Origin: Sphyrna mokarran
Taxonomy: Eukaryota
Direction: 5' to 3'
Assembly (NCBI GenBank): GCA_024679065.1
Contig: JAGIQG010000009.1
Span: 100,812,001 to 100,876,000, forward strand
Length of the DNA stretch: 64,000 nucleotides
Shown here: positions 24,201 to 38,750 of the stretch, in pieces
Numbering within the stretch: the stretch's first letter is position 1
Layout of the letters: the number at the start of each line of letters is the position of its first letter
Made by a program: the position numbers and the translations under genes
The notes under the pieces: model-generated
What the model was told of the DNA's origin: nothing
What the model saw: the letters and a program-made list of their open reading frames with translations, nothing else
The model's database searches: none

Positions 24201-25394
24201 TATATATATATAAATATATATAATCCATGATTACCTCGAAGTCTTTTTGAAAAGATAAATGCAGTGGACGGAAAAACAAGTTAATCAGATCCAGATTTAT
24301 GGCAATAGTTTCACTGTCATCATTTTACACTTAATTCTAGATTTTTATTGATGAGAGTTTCGAATACAGGCATGAAACTCATTATATTGGTCTCTGAATT
24401 ACTTCTGTTGTGAAAGCATCACCATGCCTTCTCTCCAAATAATGATCCAAATCTGCACTTAATTTCTTCTATGGCACCAATAAACGACTTCATAAATTGG
24501 CTTTTTGTCTTTACCCTTTTTCACACCTGTCCAATCATTTTTCTAAAATGTGTTTTCCTGAATGGAAACCATCAATCTCTAATGTTGGTCGGTTATTGTT
24601 AACCATCACAGCGAAATATCTATCACTTCGTCGCTTTCCTCTTTCATTAAATATCCAGGTCCAAACAATATAAATTTCCAGCCATAAGCCTGGAACAGCC
24701 ATCACATCGTACATTAATATGTCAATAAACCCTATCAGTTCAAATGTTTCATTCAAACTGCTACATATATTGAAATACGTTTTCCGTTTACATTTTAATT
24801 CTGTTTGAAAAATCTCTTCCCGTTTATTTGCATATTGTTAGATTTAAATTCGTTATCCCTTCACTTCATGATCTTATTTACATTTCCATAATTCTGCATT
24901 CCTCTCTTAACTTGCACAGACCATTTGAGATACAAAAAACTTCCAAATCTGAACCATTGTCCAGCACTTAAACAAACCTCCTTAACCATAATCATGCAGC
25001 TCGCATGAACAAAATGCCAGGTGCAAACCATCCAAAACATGTAGCTTCAACTTCCTCGAGCTATCAATTTCCAAATTCGTCCCACTTCTGAAAGACTTGT
25101 CGTTGTGCCACAAATTTACTTTTCAATTTTGTCCTCATCTCGAAGAATTGTAACGCACCTGAAATAATAATCCATGGATTGCAACATTTGAGTCCTTCTT
25201 CATGTTCACCTAAGTCCTCATATTGGCAATGCAGAACCTTCTTCTTTTCCAGCCACTATCATTGATACAAACATAATCACGCCAACTAGGTTTTCTCTCG
25301 TGATTAAAGCGGATGTCAGGAAACCCCGTCAGGGAACAACTTAACACCAGTTGCTAATTTGTTGAAGATTAGTAAAGAAAGCTTAGTTACTTAC

Positions 25395-26207
25395 AGATGC
25401 TGACCAAGGGAATGCATTTTTTTCTTGTAGCAGAACATGTCCGAAAGGCTCAAAAATTTCAATAGCAGTACCCAAATTTGCACTTCTTTCTCTTCCTCAC
25501 TTGAGCTCAATCATTACCCAACACTGAATATGTTTTGCCATATCCATGCAAATGACAAATCGAACTAAGCCTGCTGACGTAATCAGCTACTAAGACAAAG
25601 GCTTGCCTCACTAGTATTACGTCGTAATGGTACATTTAATTAGTAACATTACTCTACTTCTGTTTACTGCTTGATTTAGGCACACAGAGCAACAGAGGAG
25701 AGCCAGGCAACAAGTCCTCTTCTGAACAATCGAATCAGTTAGTCATCTCTGAGATTTCTCAGTAAAATGTTTCATAACAAATGCTGTTAGATGAGTTGTG
25801 TCGAAACAGGTTGCACCAGCGATGAAGACAAAGGACGCTTCTGCGAGATGTTAAAGAAAGCTACATTTGAATGCCGAATTGTCTTGAGTGTTGAGATGAA
25901 ACTGGTGACAGTGATGAATTATTCGACACCTTGTCCTTTCATCATGATTTCACTCACCTCTATAAAATTTGGTATCATGCTACGAGAAACTGCATTTATC
26001 GCCGTCTAATGTGGACTTTCTGCACAGGTTCAGAGTTTATTTGACATATTCCCTTTGTAAATGAAGCAGATTCTGACAACCTTCGCTGGTGTTGCTGACT
26101 TCCCGTAAGTCGCCAATGTTGTCAACGTAATATTAGTTTGAAGACACTGACAAATAAGCTTGTTGCCATCGTCTTTAGAAGTGGTTTCCTCTGTTTGAAC
26201 GTGATTA
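25395..26207 (-). pseudogene. Large disrupted exon, ~813 nt (NHVQTEETTSKDDGNKLIC... / ...ANLGTAIEIFEPFGHVLLQEK...)
   Basis: ttttgtattgtttatag acceptor, atct|gtaagt donor; multiple stops and frameshifts. Confidence 0.45.
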
Positions 26208-26749
26208 CTATAAACAATACAAAATGAAGGTCAATTATGTAAATGTCCATAAACTCAGAAGTGTGGTTGACTCATTCGTCCTTGTGATCTGAAATTTATA
26301 CATGACAACATTTCCAGAACTTACAGGACTGGCTGATTTGTGACCTCCATAGAGAACACTTGCTATGATACGATTTTGGAGAATCAAAAATGAAACACAG
26401 GTGAGATGCCACCATGTCCATGCAGCCATATATCACATAGTGCACAGGATGTATGGATTTTAAAGTCACATTTTCAATGTTTGCACAGGATTGAGTTCAC
26501 CTTACAGTATGCAGATGATATGGTGTCAACGAGCTTCTAAATATACAGAGCATTTCACAATTTTAAACTCGATCCGCTTTGCAGTAGACATGGGGCAGTT
26601 GGACGTGCGGAATGTAAATCCAATGTAAAGATGCTTCCTACACAAAGTGTGGATCCCTCGGCCCCAGTACTGCGAAGGACAGCTCGACACCGCTTCGCCG
26701 CGGCTGTATTTCTACATTACATTTAGAAATGAACGAAATGCGCTTAACT

Positions 26750-26930
26750 GCCTTCCTGCCTCATTCTTTCTTCTCCCCTTTCTATCCTTTCTCGTCCCTC
26801 CCTTGTGCTATTTTGACTTCCTTTCTTTTCCCCTCCCTCATTTCTGACTTCCCTCTCTCTTCCAACCTTCTCCTCCCCTCACTCATGCCTGTATTCCCTT
26901 CTTCGCAGTTTTTTTTTTCCTTTTGTTATT
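26750..26930. repeat. CT-rich polypyrimidine low-complexity tract
   Basis: Composition visible directly. Confidence 0.7.
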
Positions 26931-27075
26931 CATTCGTGAGACACACGGCAGGCCAACATTTATTGTGCATCCCTAACTGCTGTTGAGAAGGTGACGGTGA
27001 GCAACATTCTTGGATCGCTGCAGTTCACATGCAATTTGTTGACCCAAAATGCTGCTGAGGAGGGATTTTTTTCAA
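26930..27075 (-). mobile_element. L2/Deu-SINE-type 3' tail fragment
   Basis: aggccaacatttattgtgcatccctaactgctgttgagaaggtgacggtgagc; related copies near 44300, 48950 and 50460. Confidence 0.65.
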
Positions 27076-28459
27076 ACGTAAGTCGACATGACTGACGGGA
27101 TAGAATCTGAGGCAACATTTTATTGCTACAAAACTAACATGTACGCGCATGTTATATAATATATCGTCCTCGTTCAAATGACGTAGCCTCTTTTATTTCC
27201 CCAAATTGAGCTCCAGTTTACCCAACACCAACTGCCTCTTAGCTGGGACGCTCTGGGTGAAAGCATGAGACCGCATGTATTCGCAAGCATTGGAAATTTA
27301 CGGCAAATGTTTTGTTGGTTCATCAGCGCATATTCCTGCACCAAAATCGCTTTGTACTCTTTACCAAGCTGAATCGATTTCTGAGAGATCCAGATAATTC
27401 TATTATGATCTGAGAGGCTCAGTTGATTCCTATTACAAATTTCATAGTTCAGCCTTTTCAGTTAGAGATTAACAAAATGCAAAAAGTGTTAGACTTGCAT
27501 TTGGTTTTGCTAATTAATGTTTTTTTTATTAATATTTACACATTATTGACTGGTTCACTACAAGATTTCAGATCATAATTAAATATACGATATGTATGCA
27601 AGATGGCACAACTGATCCAATTAATAGAAAAAGTCTGAACAGAAAATTTAGGCATTCAAACGAAAACAAAAACACATATCAAAAACAGCATCTTAATTCA
27701 ACAAACTACAAGTTACAGCCAAGTAGTAATTAGATATAAAATGAATAAGCACGCGACCTAAAAATATGGTATTCATGAGTTATATTCGCAAATGTTGGAG
27801 AGAGATAAGAGAATCCTGAATCATTCCACGTTGCCACTAGACGCTTTCCTGTTCAGATGACGTAAACGTCACTATCCCAAAAGACCCACCTAACCCAACA
27901 CCAATGTTCAATGAAATAGGGGGAGGCCCTGTGCGAGTGGATGAGGCTGCAGATGTCAGCATGCATTGGAAATCTGTTTCATCAAAATGCTTCATCAAAA
28001 TCTCATTCTGTTTAAACGAAGCTGAATCGATTCATGGAAGCTTGCATGTACTGTGCATTGACATCTGTTAATAATTGTACATACTGAGACACATTATGTA
28101 AGACAGTATTTGGAAACATATGTTGACATCACACCCTTTGGATGCCTGTGCAACATAATGATTTATGTGTTGAGATATCAATGAAGCATGAACGACAAAA
28201 TCCACAAGATCATCAAATTATCGTCATGCACGAATGGGATCCCTTCCCGCTGACTTCGTAGCTTTATCAGCTGCTGAAGGATCGACTTTCCTGCTTCCAA
28301 TAATGAAGTGACACTATCAAGGGCTTCACCCTCCGCCCCTCAACTATCCCAATGCCACTTCTCCTCCAACACCTCTAATATAACATTGGATATAACATGG
28401 GACAGTGTCCCATAAAAATCTGAAATATCAGGCTGCCGATTGGAATCACCAATCATCAT

Positions 28460-29280
28460 GCCAGCCATTCACCTACCTATCCATCCATCCATCAAACTNN
28501 NNNNNNNNNNNNNNNNNNNNNNNNNNNNNNNNNNNNNNNNNNNNNNNNNNNNNNNNNNNNNNNNNNNNNNNNNNNNNNNNNNNNNNNNNNNNNNNNNNNN
28601 NNNNNNNNNNNNNNNNNNNNNNNNNNNNNNNNNNNNNNNNNNNNNNNNNNNNNNNNNNNNNNNNNNNNNNNNNNTCTGTCCATCCATCCATTGACCCATC
28701 CGTCCATTCATCAGCCAGCCATTTAACTTTTCATCCACGCATCCATCAGACCAAGCCATCCCGCCATTAATTCATTCATCCATGCATCCACCCTCCCATC
28801 CATTGTCCCATCCATCAATCCATCCATGCATTGATCCATCAACCCTTCCATCTAGCCCTCCATTATTCCATCCATTCTTGCATGCGTTCTGTCGTTCCAT
28901 CCATGTCACCATCCATCCGTCTATTATCCTTCCATTCCTCCATCCATCAATCCATTCGTCCACCTCTCCATCCATTCATCCAACTCACAATGCATCGATC
29001 CATCCAACCAATAATCCATCCATCCAACCATCCACTCCCCACCGGTCCAATTAACCATCCATAAATCCATCCTCTTTCCATCAATTCATCCATCAGTCCT
29101 TATGCCCATCTATCTATAAGTCCATTCATCCATCCATCCATCGAACCATCCATCCATCCATTCATGCATCCACCCTTCCATCCACGGATCCGTCCATCTG
29201 TCATCCGTTCACCACCCATCTATTCTTTCATTCATCTATGCATTCATTGATCCATGCATCCATTCTTTCACCTATCCTTT
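28460..29280. repeat. Degenerate (CCAT)n microsatellite containing an assembly gap (N 28499-28674)
   Basis: Visible directly. Confidence 0.95.
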
Positions 29281-29734
29281 CAGTGCCTCCATGATTATTA
29301 TTTTATGGAGTGCGACCCTTGCCTTGCGATTGCATCAACAAATTTTGGCCAGCCACGTGAGTGAATTGTTCCAACCAATTTTGACCCACTCATCTGTCCC
29401 TGTTCCAACTGTAAGTATGCAGCATTTAATAGCTTAGAAAACACATAATATGCTGATTAATCTTCTAGCGCTGTCACTGTTTCCACCGTTTCTTCGCACG
29501 TCATGCAACTTATAGGAAGTTCACAAGTGATAAAGTCATTGGCCCTGTTTTCCATTTTGATAACAATTTGCATGCCTTATCATGCCCATGTCTGCTTGCG
29601 TGTGATGTGATCGGCTTTACTGTTGTTTTATTTCCTGTTTAAAGTTTTTTTTTAATTTTCAAAGTCGTTCTCTATCATCAAATTTATGCGAGTTCTCGTA
29701 AAAAAAAAGAGTTCTCGTACCTCACATATTTCAG

Positions 29735-30025
29735 AGAATCTTAGAATTCTGTACTCCAGACCGAACAGAAGGAACTCATTTGGTCGTTTGCCTGGAAGGC
29801 ATCAATCTCACAAATGTCCGAAAAATTTAACCTCACACATTCGCCCTGCAGGTCCCGCATGGTAAATCTTCTAACCCGGACATCTTTAGACTATCGGAAA
29901 TCCAGGAAAGCCGTGCAATCATGGGAAGAACTTGAAACGTCATGTGGTCGGTCACCCAAAGTCAGAACTGAACCTGGATCCCTGGAGATTTGAGATAACA
30001 GTGCAAACTTTATGTCGCTGTTCGT
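29735..30025 (-). mobile_element. Degenerate V-SINE/HE1-like SINE
   Basis: acatctttagactatcggaaatcc...gaactgaacctggatccctggag (reverse B-box end). Confidence 0.6.
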
Positions 30026-31039
30026 CATTCGTTTTATGCTATAACCATAACATTATCTAAAAAGACCTTACTATGGCTCCAGATATTTCGCCATGTTTGG
30101 CTGTTAATAGAAGCATTTAAAATATCTGTTCGTTGAGAACATTACCATTTTTCTGTCAGTCTTAACCTTCAATTTCTAGTTCATGTATTCCCTCTTACAC
30201 TATTGATTTTTTTTTAACTTTTGGAAATGTAATTTGATTTTTTTTTGTTTTGTTATTCACCTTTAGTTTGCATCAGTTGGAATGACCAAAGGCTTGGAGT
30301 AATGCTCAAAGCCTTCAAATTAATGTTTTTTTAAATACAATTATCTTGCATTAAATGTTTTAATGTTAGCTAAATCAGAGACAGAACAGTGGAAAGCATT
30401 CAGGAAGAATATAGGTAGAAGGCAGAATCACAATGTTCTGCTTAAAAAGTTGGACTAACATATCCAATGAAACCTGAATATCGAAGGGCATCCAGCATTT
30501 CGGGGTGCGTGGCAGCCATTGAGCCTTCGAACAGAATATAATATGCAAGATTATATTTTAAAAAAAATGTCCTGTGAGCGAAAACGATGCCTGGAATTAT
30601 ACTGGCAATTAAAATTCAGTAAAATCTTGAACTGTTTTATAATACGTTAAAGGAAAGCAGTTCACTAACATATTTTTGTAAGTTCAGCAGTGTTAGTTTG
30701 TGCATGGTATTGCAGGATGTTGATAATATTATAACTGAATACATTATGCTGGTATTCAAATAGTGTGATCGACAATGTTGGTACAGTTGACGTAGACAAG
30801 GGCTATGATGCAATTAAAATAGTGAATATGGACATGTAAGTGGTAATGTGGACCGGCAGGCTTAAAACTTAACAAATCTTCAGAGCCTGATGAAACATAT
30901 TGAAAAGTGTTAAGTATTTGAAGTGAAAAATTGGTTGGAATGCTGGAAAGTAATAATGTTGAAGACTTCTCTGGTCAGAGGACAGTTACTTGAATATTGG
31001 ACAACAGCTAATTAGTTACAATCAGTCTACTGGGGAATG

Positions 31040-32310
31040 GAATGAAGCAGGAACCTAAATATCAGTCAGTCTAAACATTGGGTTGGGAAAGTATTGCGTG
31101 GAATTCTGCATTTGCAGAGATAGGGATGTATCAATAACACTCAACATGTTTTTGTTCAAGGGAAAAAATGCCTGGCCTTTTTGAAAAAAAGTAGCAATTT
31201 GTGCCAATGAATGCAACATATTTGGCATAGTTTACAGTGGTTTCCGCAAGGCTTTTAGGAGCGTTCAACATGCGAAACTGATGGAGAAGACAAAAAAAAA
31301 ACGATAGTATCCATGGGAATATGTGCAGTGAAACCAGAATTGGCCGAGTGGCAAGACGCTGAGGGTGACGGTTGAGAGGGATTATTTTCTTTTCATAGGA
31401 ATGCCATTCTAGTTTGGTCCGCAGGGATCAGTGCTGTTTGTGAATGAAGGAGGATTTACCTAATTCGCAGATAGTATAGAATTTTTGGTGTGAGAGTCAA
31501 ATAATAATGGGGTGTAACCTTAAATTACAGGAGAATAGAAATGGACTGGAAAAGGGTGCTCATTATTGGAAGATAGAATTCAAGCTGGACAAGTATGGGG
31601 TGATGCAATTGGGCGGAGCAAACAAACCGATTGAACACAAGATAAATGGACGAATTTTGGGAAGCAGGAGGTCTTGGTATGCCTGTACCCTTGGGGAATA
31701 AAGTACTTAACAATGCAAATGTTATACTTGTTATTATAATGTGAGACATATGTGTTTAAGAACAGAGACCATATGCCTTAATGATAGAGAGTGATTTTCA
31801 TGCTACAGCTTGATTATTTTGTGGCGTTCTTTAATACATATGATAGCAGGAATGTCATCGCATTGCAAATGTTAGAGAGGAAATTTAGTAGCACAAGCTT
31901 CGACTGACAATTTGCATTTCAAGAGGGATTCGAAATTTAGGGTTTGCCTTCGTTGGAGCCGAACGTGGCATGAATAGCACACATAAAATCAGAGTGTCCT
32001 GGATAGACTAGAAAGCAATACATACTCATTATTGTTAAGGTATCACTGGCAAAGGGGGTCGATTACAGGGAAAGGACAAATAGGATTAATGGAGATGAAA
32101 GGAAAATTATTTGCAGCCAGAAGTTGCGTTTCTGGGATTCACTGCTTGAAAGTTTGATGGAGGTACTTGCATCAAACTATTTAGATGTCTACTTGGGATG
32201 TAAAGGCGTATACGGCTGGAAAATGGGAGTGGAGCAATTAGATGGCTTGTCGTTCACTGCCACAGAGGCGATGGATCAAAATGCCTTTACCAGTGTTGCA
32301 TTAAGTCTAC
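31040..32310 (+). mobile_element. Degenerate CR1 ORF2 3' half with tail
   Basis: ggtccgcagggatcagtgctg (PQGSVL), ttcgcagatagt, WKIEFKLDKYGVMQLG. Confidence 0.75.
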
Positions 32311-32888
32311 GACATGAGTTTGGAGACATTCTGTTCGTAATAAGTCTGTACACATACACACTTGTATTGGTTGTCATTGCAATGATTATGGATTCTTGTA
32401 AGAACTAATCAGTTTTCCTTTTTCACTTTACGCATATCATTTACTTCTCTTGTTTATATTAAACATCAAATGTCACAGCCGTGAGGTTGATAATTACCTA
32501 TATTATAAAATAATATCGAGCCAGATTATCAAATTAGGAGACATTACAACAGCGAAAACATAGTGAAATGCTCAGCACTTCCTGTTTTTCGTTCAGGTGT
32601 TCACAATTATTGTCCGACCAACTGAGATTTTGTGGGAAGCATAGAAAGGAATTGCTACCATATTTTTAAAACTTTTTTATTTATTATTTTATCTTGTCGA
32701 TTTGAAGAACAGAAGATTGTTCATATTTCGGACGGTTGGGTGGTTAAAAAATGTTTTGGAATATGATCCAGATGTCATTCAGCAAATAATGGCCTAGAAA
32801 AAAATAAACACAACATGGTCAACAGAAGGAAAATAAAGCATTTAAAAGACTTATGGAAAATGCAAACCACAATGTTGGCATAATTTAC

Positions 32889-32952
32889 TTGAAGGAATAT
32901 ATTGTCATTTTTCAGTAACATTGCGGCACGGACGGGTCCACTGCAACAAGGC
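32889..32952 (-). pseudogene. Exon, 64 nt; reading frame ambiguous
   Basis: tttttttgttattatcttctag acceptor, tcaa|gtaaat donor. Confidence 0.55.
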
Positions 32953-33899
32953 CTAGAAGATAATAACAAAAAAAAAAGAGAGTAACATGCTCATAATTCC
33001 CTTATGCCTTCTACATCATAAAGTATGATTGTCATTGCTTTGATCTTATTTTATTTTTACCTTCCTTCCCGCTTTCCATAATAGTTCGACACGGTAATAA
33101 ATAAAGAGCACCATAACCTCCTCCCTAGTATTCCTGTGCTCAGTGTAGATTTACACAGATTCATGGTAATTTGAATGGAGAAATTCTTTGTTGCTTCTGT
33201 TTTAAATGTGCCATCCTAAAACTATGCCAACTAGAATGTCCAGCGACCGAAAGATCCATCAGCATCGTATATAGATTTCCTCTCTGAAATCTAAAATCCA
33301 CCGACTAAAAACTTATACTGTTGATTTTTCTTCTTAGGACGAGTAGTTCAACAGTGGAATTAATCGGCCAAGATTTTTTTTTCAATCACCACAAATGCAT
33401 TCACACTTTTACTCAAATAAGAAGACATAAGCTGTCCATAGAATTCGGCATGCGGCCTTAGGAATGTTATTTAGCTTTGCAACAGCAAACCATATTTCTG
33501 TACTGTATCCAATTAAGAGGTAATCCATTTGGTTTCCTTATTGTCTGCTTCTCTTGTGATTGATGTTGAACGACACCCGCATATCTCTCTAACGAAATAT
33601 TTTGAAGTTTTAGGGTAAAAGATTGGCAGCCCAAGGCTTACTATGAAGTCATATTGAGCCATGAGAACTTTAGGTTTCGACATTAGGGTGAGAATAAGCA
33701 CTTCCACTCCAGGCGTAATACTACTGACACATTAGGAAGATGTTCTGAAAGCAAACTGTAATTAAGCACACAGTTTAACTATGCAAATAAAGTTATGTTA
33801 ACTTTCAACAATTGAGCCGTTCTTAATCAGGACAAGAAACAAAGAGGCCTTAGCTGATAAGCTATTGCTATGTGTACAAATTCAACATTATTTCATTTG

Positions 33900-34345
33900 T
33901 AGAATATAGCATACTACAGCACAAATAGGCCCTTTGGCTCACAAGTTGCGCTAATCATATCCATACCTACAGGCTATAGAACTATCTACAACTCCCTATC
34001 CCGTTAATTCCCATGTACTCATCCAAAAGTCTTTTAAAAGACACCAGAGAGTTCCCCTTTACCGCCCCTGACGGCAACAGATTCCACTCACTCACCACAC
34101 TCTGACTGGAAAAAAAAAACTCTCTGACATCTCCTCTGAAACTCCTCCCCAGCACCTTAAATCTGTGTCCTCTCTTACCGACCATTTTAGCCCTGGGAAA
34201 TTGCCTCCGAGAATCCACGCTATCTATACCTTTCAACATTTTATAAACCTCTATCAGGTCGCCCCTCAACCTTTGTCCCTCCAGGGAGAAGAAACCTAGC
34301 TCCCTCAACTTATCATCATAAGGCAAGCCTCCCAATCCAGGCATT
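33900..34345 (-). mobile_element. Relatively young CR1 3' end
   Basis: MPGLGGLPYDDKLRELGFFSLEGQRLRGDLIEVYKMLKGID...WNLLP, plus tail. Confidence 0.95.
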
Positions 34346-36232
34346 CTAAGTCTAAGTCCCCTAGACTTAAACCTCTCCATTGAAATTAGGCAGTAAAAAG
34401 CAGGCATAATTGTTTGCCTTAGATTAGCAGTTCTAAAACTTCCGAAATTTCTAAGCAGAGGGTGAAAGATTTTTCTTCTAGCAAACCCAGGCAGCAAAGG
34501 CTTTTATGACAACATGAACATGAGCCTGGTTTTAATGCAGGCTTAACTTGTCACACTAAATCGTTTCCGTCAACCATCCAGACTGAAAACTTACATGACT
34601 CTGCACGAGTCATCCAAAATATCAAGAGAACTTAAATAAATAACAGGTCAACTAACTGTACGAAGTAATACAATGATGGCTAAAATCAGTTATTAGGTCG
34701 TATTCTGCTTTTCCAGTTTAACAAGCAAATCGATCCATGTAGCAAAACACGGCCACTAAAAATCAGTCTACGCTTCGCATATAATGTATCAAAATTGTAC
34801 AATACTATCAGAGGAGTTTCTCCTTTTTAATAATAACGTGTTTTATATCAATCTGACCATAACAGACAACTCAACGGCCATTCCCTTTACATTAGGTCTG
34901 ACAAATATGCAAGGACTCGTTTAACCTATGCATTTGCATTTTTATTCATTTCATGATTGAAATGTATGTTCTAGAACTCGAGAAATCCGTATATCATCGA
35001 CATCCTTCATCCAGGTTCCTTGTTACGACTACAAATAATTTTATCAAATTAGTCAAACACAACTTGCACAGCGTAAAACAAAGTGATGCTGATGGATTGG
35101 ACACTTCAAATATCTGCTACTGCTTCTTCACAATTAATTATCAACAATAGAATTTAAGCAAACTAACCTACGTTTCCTCTTTTCTGCCATTCTTCCTTTC
35201 TGAACAGGCTGACTACGACTGTTATTTTTCCAAACCACTCAAACTTTCTCTAGGCCCTTTGGATCGTTTTCTAATATTAACATTTCCACTATTCATCTGC
35301 CCCTTTCATTAAAATTCTAGGATGCCTGTCGTCAGGCTATGAGGACATGTCAGATTTCATCTGATGGTTAGCTTAGCGCTTTAACACTAGTGTTGATGAT
35401 TGTTTTAAGTTGATCATTTTCAACAATATTTGCAGCATTGTTGAAAGATTTTAGTGCGCTATACGTGGGAAACAGAGGGAAAGTCCGGAATTCGTGTTGG
35501 TGTCATTTCATATTCTGCATTATTAATTCCGCAATCTTATCCTTCTAAAGAGCAACGTTGACTGTGACTATTTTCTTTTTTTATGATACATTTATAGACT
35601 AATTGCGCAGAAACAATTTCATTATGTGTTTTCCTTTAAAATTCCAGTCATCTTTTAAGCCCTATTGGCTATGTAAATGCTTCTCAATTCTGCAGATTGC
35701 CACTAATCGGTGTAGTACAAAAGGCCTTATCTATTTTGTCTTTATATTATCTTTCAACTCCATGCATTGCCTTACAGGAATTTTCCCATTTAGGAATATT
35801 TCTTCTTCTGTGCATCATATTTTAATTGGGAGGAATGGAGCGTGTCCTCAATGACTGTCATTGCTCTTAAACTACCCAATCTTCTTAGGATTTCTGCGCA
35901 ATTCACTGTGATAAATTTGCCTTCATATTTATATACCTTATTTATAAAAAAAGGCCACGTGTGCAATATAAGATATTGTTATCAAACTGAATTTGAAATC
36001 CAAGATACAATAACCCTTCTCCCGATAGAATCATTCGTAAAATATCATGTAATATTGTTAAGAAATTCCATCAGATCAGAAGACTAAGTATAAAATACCA
36101 GGAAATCTGGTTTTGTGCGCACAAAGCTGTTCCAAGAATTCTTATCTAACTTATGACCTCGAGATTACGCTTACAGTGTGCTTAATCTGGTCTGTAAATA
36201 CAAATGAAAAACACACATGATTGTTAGCATAC

Positions 36233-36652
36233 CTTACTTCCAAACCCTTACATGTCATGGTTTGTACTTCACCCTATTGTAAAAATATTATTTGGAGTAG
36301 AGATTACTCCCACCAGGGAAGTATTTTTCCTTTCTAATTGCTATTTCCAACCAGTCTGATTCACCATCTTGATATCCATTTTCAATATAATTTCTCACTG
36401 CAACATTGAATTATTTCTTTACTAAAGTTTCTGAATTACACGGAGTTTCCCAAGACAACACACAACATTTGAAAAGTAAATACAGAGATTGATCCTTTGG
36501 TGTAATGAAAGAGGTTTCTGAAGCGAATCTTTCCTTTCATGAAATCTAAATTGACCATCGAAATACATGATGAAACTTTCGGAGACGATGCCAGTGTTCA
36601 TCCGTACGCTGCAACACAATCCCCTTCTCGTCAACTCTGCGGACAATGTGTC
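36233..36652 (-). pseudogene. Exon, ~420 nt, with several stops (HIVRRVDEKGIVLQRTDEHWHRLRKFHHVFRWSI*IS*KERF...LYLLFKCCVLSWETP...)
   Basis: ttttatttttgcaaaaatttag acceptor; protein-like single frame interrupted by stops; exact donor uncertain. Confidence 0.6.
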
Positions 36653-38089
36653 CTAAATTTTTGCAAAAATAAAACTGATCAATAACTCCAGGTGTGCTCT
36701 CCTAAGTATGGGATAAAATGGCCACGTGTAGATCAGAAAAGAACCAATTTTATTAGCAATCAAGGATAACATTCAAGCTTTACCTTGATCCGGAATTTTG
36801 AAAATGCGCAAGTATAGTATATAGGTAACTAAGCATGTTTGGTCACATTATCAGTTGGAACATCACTTGCCACGTTCCTAAAGATGGGCTGATGTCGAGT
36901 TTCCAGGTCCATTTACAAGTACTGATGATCCTAAATAGACATGGATCTTGATGGCATAACTTCATCGAAAGTATTATAAGTGCATTCTTATGGTCCTAAA
37001 TTACTGCATCTCCTGTCTGATGGTTCACTCTTTCTTCCTTGAAGATTTTCTGTTTGCCTCAACGTCACAGAGATCCCTGTTCCCGATTGACATGAGCCTG
37101 CTCATCCACATTCCTTCCTTCATTCTGACAATATTTCCTACTTGATGCCTCTCATGATTTAAGTCCACACATACTGACAATAGATTTATTAGTATTGTGC
37201 GAAACAACCGATTTCCAACAGTCTCTCGGGACACTATTCGTAGATTTGCTTGAAGTTAATGGCGAGCTGGACATCCGTCCAGAAAATTTCAATCTACCCG
37301 AAACATGTCCTCAGTCTATTAACGTTTAGGTTCCACGATAACGTGGGCCAACTCCTTTCTCAAACAGCTTAAAGATTGTCATATGTTGAAGTTTGAGAGA
37401 ATTAATTTCATTTACAAAACCCAAATCCGTAGAAGAGGCGCATAGATTATTAATTTGAATAATCGTCAGCCAGCATTGATGACTTCCTAGGAATGCCATT
37501 TGCCCGTTTTTCTTTTTCTTTCCATTTTTGACTGCTGGCTGGTTGCATTTATTCCATTGATGTAGCTAAGGGCATGCATTCGATTTGAACACGCTGGGGA
37601 GTATCCTATTGACCTTTGCTGATGTTGAAGAGAACTATCACGGAAGATATATCAACATTCTAAATGAAATCATTGTTGCGAATTCCGTTAGATTAAACTA
37701 TCTCTTCATTGATTAAATTGCACATAGTAACGCTCAGCGTAATGCTAAATTTCATGAACTTCCTCTGCCTGACAAATTGAGAATTATGTCAGTCATTGTT
37801 TGGATCGAGTTATGCTTAAAAAAGGCACACACACAGGCTAGATACATTTTCTTGCCAGGTCGTCGTTGCATAGATTTCTGAGAGATCTAAACTAATCCTA
37901 ACTCACCAAGTTCCATCCCTTCAGTGGAGATAAGGTGGGAAGACAGAAACGGTCTCAATGTGACAGAAGTAGCTGCTGTACGGTAGACTTATATTGACCC
38001 TGGGTGTGTCTGCGTATCCTGATGATTGCCGGTGAGTGGCCAATGCGTCAGTAGAAAGGTGAGTGCGTGGATATGGCATTACGAAAGAG

Positions 38090-38750
38090 AGAACATAGAA
38101 CATAGAACATTACAGCACAGAACAGGCCCTTTGGCCTTCGATGTTGCGCCGACCAATATAAAAAGCAATGACCCTCCAAACTAAATCATTCCCTTCTCTT
38201 CCATATACTTATCAACTAACCTCTTAAACGCCACCAAACTTGGCGCATCTACAACTGCTGCAGGCAGGGAATTCCACTCCCGAACCACCCTTTGGGTAAA
38301 GAACCTACCTCTGATATCCGTCCTATAACTATCACCCCTTAATTTAAAGCTGTGTCCCCTCGTGCTAGCTTACTCCATCCCAGGAAAAAACCTATCACTG
38401 TCCACCCTATCTAAACCTCTAATCATCTTATATGTTTCGATAAGGTCCCCTCTTAGCCGCCTCCTTTCTAATGAAAACAACCTCAAATCCCTCAGCTTCT
38501 CTTCATAAGATCTGCCCTCCATATCAGGCAACATCCTGGTAAACCTCCTCTGTACCCTCTCCAATGCCTCCACATCTTCCTTATAATGTGGGGACCAGAA
38601 CTGCACACAATACTCCAAGTGCGGCCGCACTAAAGTTTTGTACAGTTGCAATATGACGTTGTGGCTCCGAAATTCAATCCCCCTACCAATAAAAGCTAAG
38701 ACTCCATATGCCTTCTTAACAACCTTATCGACTTGACTGCCTACTTTCAG
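38090..38750 (-). mobile_element. Young CR1 3' end
   Basis: [40 protein letters not shown]; tail (agaacat)n. Confidence 0.97.

Noticed and set aside
28405-29064. His/Pro/Ser-rich ORFs
   Set aside because: Translations of the CCAT microsatellite and the N gap.
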